A stretch of 64,000 nucleotides of DNA, from the NCBI GenBank assembly GCA_963676795.2, contig CAXXTB010000002.1, positions 2,272,001-2,336,000 of the forward strand. The letters are read 5' to 3'. Every line of letters starts with the position of its first letter. Within the stretch, counting starts at the first letter, position 1. This stretch comes from Geopsychrobacteraceae bacterium (GTDB lineage Bacteria; Desulfobacterota; Desulfuromonadia; Desulfuromonadales; Geopsychrobacteraceae). Below the pieces are notes generated by a model. It did no database searches. It saw nothing but the letters and a program-made list of their open reading frames with translations, and was not told the origin of the DNA. Position numbers and translations under genes: made by a program. Positions 40,352-49,622 of the stretch are shown in pieces.

Positions 40352-41857
40352 TTACCCCTGGATTCCGGTCAGCAGAGGAAAACGGATCTGCAGCCACAGA
40401 CCGCCCAAAGGAGAGGTCCGCGCGACAATTGTTCCCTGATGAGCTTCGACAATATTGCGGCAGATAGACAGTCCCAGGCCGCTGCCACCGGTCTGGCGAT
40501 TGCGCGAGGATTCGACGCGGTAGAGCCGCTCAAAGATACGATCCAGATCATCCTGGCTGACGCCGGGAAAACTATCCTGAAAATCGATTGAGACATAATG
40601 ACGAACGGCCGTCATGCTGACCCGGATTTTTCCGTAACAGTCCGTATATTTGAGGGTATTGTCGAGAATATTCCCGAATAGCTGACGCAGCCTGATTGCA
40701 TCTCCAAGAATGAAGCAGTCAGGACAAAAATGAGAATCAAGGATCATTTTGTGCTGCTCGAATTCATGCGCGTAAGCCGCCAGAGCATCTTCCAGCAACC
40801 TGCCAAGATCGATAGTCTCCTTGCGGTAATTCAAGGCACCGAGATCGGACATCGATAGTTGATAAAGATCGTCGACCAGGCGGCCAAGGCGCAAGGTCTC
40901 AGCCTGCAGCGAGTGCAGAGCAGCACTGTCAGGCTGACGAATCCCATCGATCAGGGCTTCGATCTCCCCTCTCAAAACACCGATCGGGGTTCTCAATTCA
41001 TGCGAGATATCGGCAACCCACTGTTTTCTGGCGTCTTCATTTTTTTCCAGCGTGAGTGCAAGCAGATTGAAATCATTAGCCAGCCGGGCCAATTCGTCCT
41101 GGCCCGAAATCTGTACCCGGGTCGAGAAATCACCTTTTGCCAGACGATGGGTTCCTGCCGCCAGCTTCCTGATCGGCCGGACCAGGCGTCTCGCCAATAA
41201 AAAGGAAAGCAACACGGCAAGTACGACAATAACCCCCGCTACCAGCGTATAGGTCAGCTCCTGCTGCTCGAGAAACAACAGGTGCCTATCATCAGTTATC
41301 TCTTTGACCGGTATGAAGCCAAGATATCCGACGCTTTGACCAGCTACGACCAGAGGGATACGCGTCACGGATGAAGACGATTCGACATCGCCGACAATAA
41401 GCCGTCCTGTGACATCAAATAAAAACAGGCGGGAGGGCATATCCTGGGCAATATGTGGCGGCAGCTTCTTATCCCGCCCCCCCGGGGTATCCGGAGGAGC
41501 ATTGCGAAACTGAGGCCCTGGCTGAGCCCGAGTTTGTCCCGGCGGGCCATTTACCGGCGGACCCTCTGACGGACCGCTGCCGGGCGGTCCAAACGAGAAG
41601 CCAACAGCCATAGCGCTGAAAACCAATCGGTTCCACGCCTGCGCGCTAGCCTGCAGGTGACTCCAGGACTGCTCCTCGGCATAATAATCCTGCAGCTGTT
41701 CTGACAGCCGCTCTATTCCTGCCAGCTCTGCCTCCCTGACAAATTTCAGGAAACCGCGGTTCAGGTTCCATTGCATAATCACCAGCAAGGCAACCACAGC
41801 CAGACAGGACGCCAGCAGAATGGCTCCAAACAATCGCTGAGAAATTCCTCTTTTCAC
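40352..41857 (-). CDS. baeS: Sensor histidine kinase, BaeS-like
   Basis: Two TM helices, HAMP, ADISHELRTP H-box, GGSGLGLSI; Pro/Gly-rich periplasmic insert. Confidence 0.8.
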   Translation of the reverse strand: MKRGISQRLFGAILLASCLAVVALLVIMQWNLNRGFLKFVREAELAGIERLSEQLQDYYAEEQSWSHLQASAQAWNRLVFSAMAVGFSFGPPGSGPSEGPPVNGPPGQTRAQPGPQFRNAPPDTPGGRDKKLPPHIAQDMPSRLFLFDVTGRLIVGDVESSSSVTRIPLVVAGQSVGYLGFIPVKEITDDRHLLFLEQQELTYTLVAGVIVVLAVLLSFLLARRLVRPIRKLAAGTHRLAKGDFSTRVQISGQDELARLANDFNLLALTLEKNEDARKQWVADISHELRTPIGVLRGEIEALIDGIRQPDSAALHSLQAETLRLGRLVDDLYQLSMSDLGALNYRKETIDLGRLLEDALAAYAHEFEQHKMILDSHFCPDCFILGDAIRLRQLFGNILDNTLKYTDCYGKIRVSMTAVRHYVSIDFQDSFPGVSQDDLDRIFERLYRVESSRNRQTGGSGLGLSICRNIVEAHQGTIVARTSPLGGLWLQIRFPLLTGIQG

Positions 41858-41929
41858 CTAGTTACCTGCTCCGCCAACGCTTGGAAATTTGATTTTCGGG
41901 ATAGCTCAGTTTACTCCAGCAAGGGCTCA

Positions 41930-42077
41930 CCGACTTCAGGGTTCCTCTCGGAAGGGTGTATCGCCCGGATGGCGACAGTCAACCCCCATTGACGGGTTAA
42001 TGCGTCCCTGGAGAGGGGGGGATCCTGAAGCCAGGTAGATAACCAGATCCATTTACTATGGTTTCAGGATCCCTTTT
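41930..42077 (+). ncRNA. Unidentified structured RNA element with alternative terminator hairpin (strand uncertain)
   Basis: Long stem 41934-41949/42011-42030 enclosing two hairpins; mutually exclusive stem 42019-42033/42059-42073 followed by TTTT. Confidence 0.35.
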
Positions 42078-42396
42078 GATAACAAATTTCCGCGTAAAAA
42101 TCAGCAAACACCCAGGGTTGCCAAAAATTTCCTCATTTCTTCCACATTCTTTGCACCTTTTGTTGCTATTCATTTCGACAGCGCATCATACAGCTACATT
42201 TCTATACACACAACCGAGGTTGAGATCCGGGACACGAGCCCCGCCTCAGCAAGCCTATGAACACAGCTATCCGGTCACGGTTGTTTGCGTTAAAAAATGC
42301 CAACTGCAAACCGGCCGTGGTACGAGACAACGCCAAAACGCACAGCTATGTACTTTGGCTCCATAAATCAACACGAAGAGCAGAAGAGGCAAGACC

Positions 42397-43155
42397 ATGT
42401 ACAATATGAAGACCACAACATACGAAGCACCGAGTCAGCCGTTCTTTTCCGCCGTCAAATCAGAAAAAACCATTCTACTGTTTGGTGATGTCAGCAACCA
42501 GGAATGCCTGTTCGTCAAACTCCTGCAGAATGAAGGCTACCGCGTGCACAGGGCGTCTCAGCCAGAGCTGGGCCAACGAATAGTCGAACAGTATCGCCCC
42601 GACATGCTTCTCTTCGATGTCGCCAACACCCCGATGGAACTGATCGGCCAGTGTCACAGTCTGCGTCAGAACTTTACCGGACCGATTCTTATCCTTTCCG
42701 AAACGGCCAACGAGATGACCCAGATTCTTGCCATGGAGATGGGGATCGATGACCTGCTGATCCGCACGGTGAACAACTCATTTATCCTGGCCAAGATCAG
42801 GGCTCTACTGCGCAGAAGCCACGAACTGAAGAACCATAACAGTCAGAAAATTCAGCTGGGAGATCTGGTTATCGATGCCGAACGGCGTGAGGTTCTGGCT
42901 CGCGATGAAGTTGTCGACCTGACAACCCGTGAATTTGACGTCCTCTGGTGCCTGGCCCAGAATACCCGTAAGGTGTTGAGCCGCGACGATATTCATCGCC
43001 AGATCTATAATTCTGAGTACAACGGGTTTGATCGCTCGATCGATATCTATATCTCACGTATCCGGCAGAAAATTGGTGATGACCCGACCCACCCGCGCTA
43101 CCTCAAAACCGTCAGAGGGACAGGTTACCTGCTCGCCGACGAGCGTCCGGCCTGA
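42397..43155 (+). CDS. Orphan OmpR/RstA-like regulator with atypical receiver domain
   Basis: Winged helix LTTREFDVL..DRSIDIYISRIRQKIGDDP..KTVRGTGY; receiver lacks the acidic pair and conserved Lys. Confidence 0.85.
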   Translation: MYNMKTTTYEAPSQPFFSAVKSEKTILLFGDVSNQECLFVKLLQNEGYRVHRASQPELGQRIVEQYRPDMLLFDVANTPMELIGQCHSLRQNFTGPILILSETANEMTQILAMEMGIDDLLIRTVNNSFILAKIRALLRRSHELKNHNSQKIQLGDLVIDAERREVLARDEVVDLTTREFDVLWCLAQNTRKVLSRDDIHRQIYNSEYNGFDRSIDIYISRIRQKIGDDPTHPRYLKTVRGTGYLLADERPA

Positions 43156-43184
43156 GTTCATTTTACAGAAAAGACCACCCCGAT

Positions 43185-43210
43185 CCGCAGTCTTACGGCT
43201 GCGGTTTTTT
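43185..43210 (+). terminator. Intrinsic terminator after the regulator
   Basis: CCGCAGTC/GGCTGCGG stem plus TTTTTT. Confidence 0.75.
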
Positions 43211-43360
43211 ACCAGATGCCTTGTAACAGTTTATTTCACTTTTGTTTCTTCTAGATACCCTTTCACAACACTAGCAAAACAAACAACCTGCGCCCCTGGT
43301 CCGAAAAGATAGTCAGGAAAATGCGGCACTTTCGCTGTCAATCCGAACAGGGAGCAAGCT

Positions 43361-44653
43361 ATGAGTACCATTACATTTGGCGGACTGGCATCAGGTCTTG
43401 ATACGGATTCGATTATCGAAGCCCTGATGGAAATCGAATCGGCACCGCTCGAAACCATGGAAAACGATATCAGTTACTATGAGGCAGAAACCGAGGCCTT
43501 TTCTGAACTGAATGACTTGCTGACAGACTTTCTCGACGTTCTGGAAGATATGGACACAATCAAGGAGCTGTCGACCAATTCGGCCACCTCGAGCAATGAA
43601 AGTCTTCTGACCGCATCCGCCTCCAGCAGCGCCATTGAGGGTTCCTACCATATCGAAGTCGTCAGCTTGGCCGAGGTCCAAAAAGACGTCGTCGATAACG
43701 GGGTCAGCGATACCGATACCACAACCCTGTCCGGCAGCCTGACCATCGGAGAGACGACCATCGATTACAGCGATGTCACTCTTGAAGATCTGGTTGACAT
43801 GATCAACGATTCCGACAGCGGTGTACGGGCCGCGATCATCAACGACGGCAGCGAAAACGGTTATCGTCTCAGCCTGACCGGCGAGGAAGCCGGCGTCACG
43901 ACAGAAATAACCGGAACCGGTGACATCGAGATCGACACCACGACAAATGGCCACACCTACGAGGCATCACAGGCCCATATCATCGTCGACAATGTCGATA
44001 TCTACAGCTCATCAAATACCATCGATGACGCCATCCCCGGTGTGACCCTCGACCTGGTGGATGCCGATCCCGACGAAGCCTTCACCCTGACAATCGAGAC
44101 TGATACCGATTCCATCGAGGATATGCTCGACGATTTCGTCGATGCCTATAACGACATCATCGACTGGATCGACGACCAGAGCGACAGCGACTGGGGGAGC
44201 GACGCCTCCATCCGCACCATGAAAAACAAAATGCAGAGTTTCCTCACCACCAAAGTCTCAGGATCGAGCACTTACAACTGTCTGGCGATGCTTGGTTTCG
44301 AAACCGATTACGAAACCGGCAAGATCAGCATCGACAGCAGCACGTTGCAAGATGCCCTGGAAGAGGATCTTGACGGGGTTCTTGAATTCCTCTCCGGAAC
44401 CAACAGCAGCGATGGCATCACCGATCTGATGGGCGACTACTTTGACAGTATAACCGACCGTGAAAACGGGATCTATGCCGCCCGCTCAGACTCAAATGAC
44501 GCGACGATCTCACGCCTCAATGACCGGATCGACAGGCTCGAAGCCCGACTCGAAAAACGGGAAGAATTTTATCGCGAACAATACACGGCGCTGGAAGAGA
44601 TGATGTCGGAGCTCAATGCCCAACTCTCTTACATCGAAGCCATTGGCAGCTAA
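43361..44653 (+). CDS. fliD: Flagellar filament cap protein FliD-like, highly acidic
   Basis: ITFGGLASGLDTDSII N-terminus, SSSNTIDDAIPGVTL, FVDAYN, C-terminal coil QYTALEEMMSELN. Confidence 0.9.
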   Translation: MSTITFGGLASGLDTDSIIEALMEIESAPLETMENDISYYEAETEAFSELNDLLTDFLDVLEDMDTIKELSTNSATSSNESLLTASASSSAIEGSYHIEVVSLAEVQKDVVDNGVSDTDTTTLSGSLTIGETTIDYSDVTLEDLVDMINDSDSGVRAAIINDGSENGYRLSLTGEEAGVTTEITGTGDIEIDTTTNGHTYEASQAHIIVDNVDIYSSSNTIDDAIPGVTLDLVDADPDEAFTLTIETDTDSIEDMLDDFVDAYNDIIDWIDDQSDSDWGSDASIRTMKNKMQSFLTTKVSGSSTYNCLAMLGFETDYETGKISIDSSTLQDALEEDLDGVLEFLSGTNSSDGITDLMGDYFDSITDRENGIYAARSDSNDATISRLNDRIDRLEARLEKREEFYREQYTALEEMMSELNAQLSYIEAIGS

Positions 44654-44671
44654 TTTCCAGAGGGGTTTCCC

Positions 44672-45331
44672 ATGTCTGTCTCAAGTGTCGACTCAAGCAC
44701 TCTGCTCAGCAGTTATACCTCCAGTGCAACAAGTACCTCAGCGCTGGATAAGGAAGATTTTCTCACCCTGCTGGTTGCCCAGTTGGAAAACCAGGATCCG
44801 CTCGATCCGCAGGACAACAGCGAATTTGTTGCCCAGATGGCCCAGTTCAGTGCCCTGGAGCAGCAAATCACAACAAACGACTATCTCCAGACGCTGATCT
44901 CTTCAAATCAGGCGATCGAGCAACTGTCAGCGTTCAATCTGCTTGGCCAGACTGTCGTCGCCGAACAGGATAGCTTCACCCTTAGTGATGATGGTGCTGA
45001 AATCGGCTTCTCACTGGAGCAGGACGCCGAGAGCGTCACCCTGGCGATTCTCGACTCCAGCAACAGTGTTGTCGCAACCATCGAACTTGACGATGTCGAA
45101 GCGGGAACGACCTTTACCGACTGGGATGGAACCGACAACAACGGCAACAAACTGGCAGCTGGCGATTACTCCGTCCTGGCCACCGCTATCTACAGTGATG
45201 ACAGCAGTGAATATCTGACAACTCTGCAGCGTGCAGTCGTCACCGGCATCGATACCAGCAGCGACACCATGCTCGAAACAAGCCAGGGGTCCCTGCAACT
45301 CAGCCAGCTGCTTTCGGTCAGTACCAACTAA
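44672..45331 (+). CDS. flgD: Flagellar hook capping protein
   Basis: DFLTLLVAQLENQDPLDP..EFVAQMAQFS; WDGTDNNG Ig-like motif. Confidence 0.93.
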   Translation: MSVSSVDSSTLLSSYTSSATSTSALDKEDFLTLLVAQLENQDPLDPQDNSEFVAQMAQFSALEQQITTNDYLQTLISSNQAIEQLSAFNLLGQTVVAEQDSFTLSDDGAEIGFSLEQDAESVTLAILDSSNSVVATIELDDVEAGTTFTDWDGTDNNGNKLAAGDYSVLATAIYSDDSSEYLTTLQRAVVTGIDTSSDTMLETSQGSLQLSQLLSVSTN

Positions 45332-45346
45332 GCCAGGAGGTCAGCG

Positions 45347-45619
45347 ATGATGAACCAGAGCAACGATTCGATCCATTTCAGCAAGCATGCAAATGCCCGT
45401 TTGGAGAAACGTAATATCGATTTCACCCGCGGCATGATGTCCCAGCTGGAAAGCGCCTTCGACAGCCTGGCCGGAAAGAATGGCCGCTCAGCACTGGTCC
45501 TCTTCGAACAGCTGGCGCTACTGGTCAGTGTCAGCAAGCGGACGGTCATCACCGTGATCGGCCGTGACCAGCTGCAAAACAATATTTTTACCGATATCGA
45601 CAGCGTTATTTTCGTATAG
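45347..45619 (+). CDS. Flagellar operon protein, TIGR02530-like
   Basis: FSKHANARLEKRNI, RTVITV, NIFTDIDS; sits between flgD and flgE as is typical of the family. Confidence 0.8.
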   Translation: MMNQSNDSIHFSKHANARLEKRNIDFTRGMMSQLESAFDSLAGKNGRSALVLFEQLALLVSVSKRTVITVIGRDQLQNNIFTDIDSVIFV

Positions 45620-45638
45620 ACAGCAAGGAGCGTAAGCC

Positions 45639-46916
45639 ATGGGTCTCTCAAGTACACTTTATACCGGCATCAGCGGCCTGAAGGCCAACTCGGAGGCGAT
45701 GAGCGTCACCGGTAACAATATTTCCAACAGCAACACTGTCGGTTTCAAGACAAGTACCACGCTTTTCTCCGACGTTCTTTCCGCCTCGATCTCAAGCGCC
45801 AGTGGCAGCTCCCAGGTCGGGCGCGGGGTGCAGATCTCGAGCGTGACCAACGTCTTCAGCCAGGGCTCATTTCAGAGCACCTCAAGCTCGACAGATCTGG
45901 CCATCGAAGGGGAAGGTTTCTTCATGGTTAGCGCTGCAGACTCCGAAGAGGTCCTCTACACCCGTAACGGCTCTTTCAGCTTCGATTCCGACGGCTATCT
46001 GGTCAATGATGCCGGCTATCAGGTTCTGGGCATGGCCTATGAACTGAATGCGGATGGTGAATATGAACTGTCGGGCGGCGACCCGACCAATATCCTGGTC
46101 GACTTCAACACCCAGATCCCGGCCAACCAGACCAGCTCCCTGACCCTGACAACCAACCTCGACGCCGGGTCGGATACCATCACCGCCTTTGATATCACAG
46201 ACCCGGATAGTACCTCGAACTATTCAACCTCAACCCAGATCTACGATTCGCTGGGGGACACCCATCTGGTCACGACCTACTTCACCAAAACCGCCGACCA
46301 GACCTGGGAATGGCACACGGTCATCGACAGCAGTGAACTCAATGCGGCGTCTGCAGCAGCGACAGACCTGACAGAGATCGGCAGCGGCACCCTGAGCTTC
46401 GACAGTTCAGGCAATCTGGTCTCCGGCGGCGACGCAACGACCGGCACCATCGGCTGGGCCAACGGTGCAGATACGGGCCAGGACATCGATATGACCTTTG
46501 ACACGACCCAGTTCAGCAGCTCATCGGTGGTTATTTCCCAGAACCAGAACGGTTACGGTCCCGGGGAAGTCGTCGATGTCTCGATCGATGACAGCGGTAA
46601 TGTCATTGCCAGTTATTCCAACGGAGAAAGCATCAACATCGCCATGCTGACCCTGGCCACCTTCAACAACGCCAGTGGTCTCAGTAAAGAAGGGGGCAGC
46701 CTCTACGCCGCATCTGCGGCCTCGGGAACGGCAAGTGTCGGTGTCTCAGGAGCATCACAGGGGACCATCTATACCAGCAGCCTGGAGCTGTCCAATGTCG
46801 ACCTGGCCCAGGAGTTCGTCAACCTGATCACCATCCAGAACGGTTACTCAGCATCTTCCAAGGTCATCACCACGACGGATGAGATGCTTCAGGAACTGAT
46901 CAATCTGAAACGCTAG
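45639..46916 (+). CDS. flgE: Flagellar hook protein
   Basis: GNNISNSNTVGFK, DLAIEGEGFF, YTRNGSF, YDSLG, LELSNVDLAQEF. Confidence 0.94.
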   Translation: MGLSSTLYTGISGLKANSEAMSVTGNNISNSNTVGFKTSTTLFSDVLSASISSASGSSQVGRGVQISSVTNVFSQGSFQSTSSSTDLAIEGEGFFMVSAADSEEVLYTRNGSFSFDSDGYLVNDAGYQVLGMAYELNADGEYELSGGDPTNILVDFNTQIPANQTSSLTLTTNLDAGSDTITAFDITDPDSTSNYSTSTQIYDSLGDTHLVTTYFTKTADQTWEWHTVIDSSELNAASAAATDLTEIGSGTLSFDSSGNLVSGGDATTGTIGWANGADTGQDIDMTFDTTQFSSSSVVISQNQNGYGPGEVVDVSIDDSGNVIASYSNGESINIAMLTLATFNNASGLSKEGGSLYAASAASGTASVGVSGASQGTIYTSSLELSNVDLAQEFVNLITIQNGYSASSKVITTTDEMLQELINLKR

Positions 46917-46949
46917 TAAATTTTGACTGCTGTTTTGAAGGATCAAGTT

Positions 46950-47303
46950 ATGAACGAGCCGTTACACGACAAACTGCTGCGCCTGGAGCACCTGATTGAA
47001 CAGGAACGTCTTTTTGCCATCAGCCTCAGGTTCTCGGAACTGGAAGAGATTCAGGGCCAGAAAAAAGAACTACTGATCGAATTACGTGACTGCCAGGACG
47101 GCTGCCCGAACGAGCTCAAGGAGTTGGCCGGCCGCCTGCGTGACAACAACCGCCGCAACGCCAGGCTGCTGCATACGACATTGACGTTCCTGCGCCAGAC
47201 CATGGCCAGCTGTTGCCAGAGCCTCACGCCGCTCACCTATGGACGCCGGGGCAACCGGATTCAGGGAAGCGCCATCGGTTTTTTGCATGCCGGAAGGATC
47301 TGA
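46950..47303 (+). CDS. flgN: FlgN-like export chaperone
   Basis: Helical ~117 aa with NRRNARLL motif and C-terminal TYG, directly upstream of flgK. Confidence 0.65.
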   Translation: MNEPLHDKLLRLEHLIEQERLFAISLRFSELEEIQGQKKELLIELRDCQDGCPNELKELAGRLRDNNRRNARLLHTTLTFLRQTMASCCQSLTPLTYGRRGNRIQGSAIGFLHAGRI

Positions 47304-47306
47304 CCT

Positions 47307-48692
47307 ATGAGCATCATATCATCACTCTATATCGGAGCATCCGGCCTGTCGGTCAACCAGAAAGGGATCGAAGTCACCGGCAACAACCTGTCGAACCTGA
47401 ATACCGAAGGGTACACCAGACAAACCCTCGAACTCTCCTCAACACCGACCCTTGAGTATGACGGCCAGATGATCGGTAGCGGAGCAACGGTCAGTTCAAT
47501 CAGCCGCGAGACAAACGTTTTCGTCACCCGCCAACTGATGACGAAAAGCGCTGAATACGGCGAGGAGAATGCCAAAAGCACTGTCCTTGCGGAAATCGAA
47601 CAGATTATGTCAATCGACGGCGACGACAGCCTGTCGACATCGATCGACGAGTTTTTCGATGCCTGGCAAGAACTGAGCAACGATCCATCGGCGACACTTG
47701 AAAGACAACAGGTCATGCAGGTCGGTGAAAACCTGGCCGCAAGTTTTCAGACCATGGTCAGCGACCTCGGAACCGTCACCAACAGTATCAACGAGGACCT
47801 CGAAGGCAAGATTACCAGCCTGAACCAACAGCTGCAGCAGATTGCCGACCTGAACGTTCAGATCGTTTCTGCCGAGTCGACCGGCATTTCCGCTAATTCA
47901 TTGCGCGATCAGCGCGACGTCCTGCTCAAGGCTGTCGCGGAAATCGCCGGCATCAGCAACTACGAAGAAGCGAACGGCATGGTCTCTGTTCAGCTTTCCA
48001 GCGGCCTGCCACTGGTCACAGCCGACACGGTCAGCACCCTGGCAACAGAATGGAATTCGGGAGTTCTCGACATCACCCTGACCAGCGGTGCGTCAACCAC
48101 GCAGCTATCCGCCGACGATTTCAGCGGCGAGCTCGGCGGCATGCTGGAGTTGCGCGATGAATACATACCGGACCTGGTCGAGCAGCTCGACATCCTCGCC
48201 TATAACCTGGCAACCGCGGTCAATGCTGTCCACAACTCCGGTATCGACCAGAACAGCAACAGCGGCAGCGATTTCTTCAGTTTTTCCAGCAGCGGCAGCG
48301 ATCCCTGGGATGGCGCAGCTTCGACCCTGACCATGGCCCTGAGTTCAACATCAGAGGTTGCAGCAGGCAACAGTGCGACCAGTGGTGACAACGAAAACAC
48401 CCTGAACATGGTCGCCCTGCAGGATCAGAACCTGATTAACGGAACCAGTACACTGAACAACTATTACGCCAGTATCGCAGCTGCTGTCGGACTGACGGTC
48501 AGCGAGAATGACGCAGCACTAGCGTCTTCGGAAGACAGTCTCACCCAGTTGCAGAACATGCGCGCTTCCGTCTCGGGAGTATCCACCGATGAAGAGATGC
48601 TGATGCTGGTCCAGTACCAGTCCGGCTACGAAGCGGCAGCCCGTTTTCTGACAACCGTCGACGAGATGCTCGACACCCTGATGAGTATGTGA
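47307..48692 (+). CDS. flgK: Flagellar hook-associated protein 1
   Basis: GNNLSNLNTEGYTRQ, FFDAWQEL, LRDQRD, SGVSTDEEM..YQ..YEA. Confidence 0.94.
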   Translation: MSIISSLYIGASGLSVNQKGIEVTGNNLSNLNTEGYTRQTLELSSTPTLEYDGQMIGSGATVSSISRETNVFVTRQLMTKSAEYGEENAKSTVLAEIEQIMSIDGDDSLSTSIDEFFDAWQELSNDPSATLERQQVMQVGENLAASFQTMVSDLGTVTNSINEDLEGKITSLNQQLQQIADLNVQIVSAESTGISANSLRDQRDVLLKAVAEIAGISNYEEANGMVSVQLSSGLPLVTADTVSTLATEWNSGVLDITLTSGASTTQLSADDFSGELGGMLELRDEYIPDLVEQLDILAYNLATAVNAVHNSGIDQNSNSGSDFFSFSSSGSDPWDGAASTLTMALSSTSEVAAGNSATSGDNENTLNMVALQDQNLINGTSTLNNYYASIAAAVGLTVSENDAALASSEDSLTQLQNMRASVSGVSTDEEMLMLVQYQSGYEAAARFLTTVDEMLDTLMSM

Positions 48693-48699
48693 GGTCACT

Positions 48700-49575
48700 A
48701 TGAAAGTCACTGAAATGTCCTTGTTCCGCACCCTGCAGAGCAACCTGAGCAGAAGCAGCACCAACCTCAACGATCTCTATCTGCAGGCCTCAACAGGTAG
48801 CAAACTGATCGACTCCTCCGATGACCCCTCGGCGATCGGCTCGGTATTCAGCTCGAGAACCAGTATCGCCAAGTCGGACCGTTACCTTGAGACCATAAGC
48901 GACACCCAGGACAGTATCGACATTCTTGACGGCTACCTCGACAGCGCCGAGCAGATCATGGTGCGCGCCAAGGAGATTGCTGTTGCCGCAGCGAACGGAT
49001 CATTAAGCCAGGACGATCTCGACACCTACGCCGATGAGGTCGATGAATTGCAGGAAGCGCTGCTGAGTATCGCCAACGCCCAGGTCGACGGCAAATATAT
49101 CTTCGCCGGCTACGATGAAGACAATCAGCCCTTCAGTGGCGACCCGGTTGTCTACACCGGCACCAGCGATCACAAGGTGGTCGAAATCTCCAGCGGGCAG
49201 ACCGTACAGACGAACCTGACCGGGGATGAGGTTTTCATGTCTCCTTACGACAGTTTCAGTATCCTCAGCGACCTGGAAAACAACCTGAGCACCGGCAATA
49301 CCACGGCACTGAACAGCTCTCTGACCGATCTGGAAAACAGTGCCGATCAGATTCGCAGCGTACGCAGTGAAATGGGGAACCTCAACAGCCGTCTCGATGA
49401 TGTCTCAACCATGCTGGAAAACCTGCAACTGCAGATGGAAGAACGCCTCTCCAGCTATCAGGACGCCGACCTGGTTGAGGTCATGAGCGGGATCAGCCAG
49501 GCGGAACTCTCCTACGAAGCTGCCCTGAATGTCAGTTCACGGCTGACGGAGTTGTCGATTCTTGATTATCTGTAA
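48700..49575 (+). CDS. flgL: Flagellar hook-associated protein 3
   Basis: STGSKL..SDDP, GKYIFAG, C-terminal LSILDYL. Confidence 0.93.
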   Translation: MKVTEMSLFRTLQSNLSRSSTNLNDLYLQASTGSKLIDSSDDPSAIGSVFSSRTSIAKSDRYLETISDTQDSIDILDGYLDSAEQIMVRAKEIAVAAANGSLSQDDLDTYADEVDELQEALLSIANAQVDGKYIFAGYDEDNQPFSGDPVVYTGTSDHKVVEISSGQTVQTNLTGDEVFMSPYDSFSILSDLENNLSTGNTTALNSSLTDLENSADQIRSVRSEMGNLNSRLDDVSTMLENLQLQMEERLSSYQDADLVEVMSGISQAELSYEAALNVSSRLTELSILDYL

Positions 49576-49622
49576 AACCGAAGAGCGCAGAACGGCTCGA
49601 TTGTCGATTGCTTCATGCCATC

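Noticed and set aside
41897..41912. tRNA-like GGGATAGCTCAGTT
   Set aside because: No D-arm closure, anticodon arm, TTC T-loop or acceptor stem follows.
43275..43310. sigma28 promoter for fliD (GTCCGAAAA as -10)
   Set aside because: Weak -10 match and no convincing TAAA -35 at the right spacing; not supportable.
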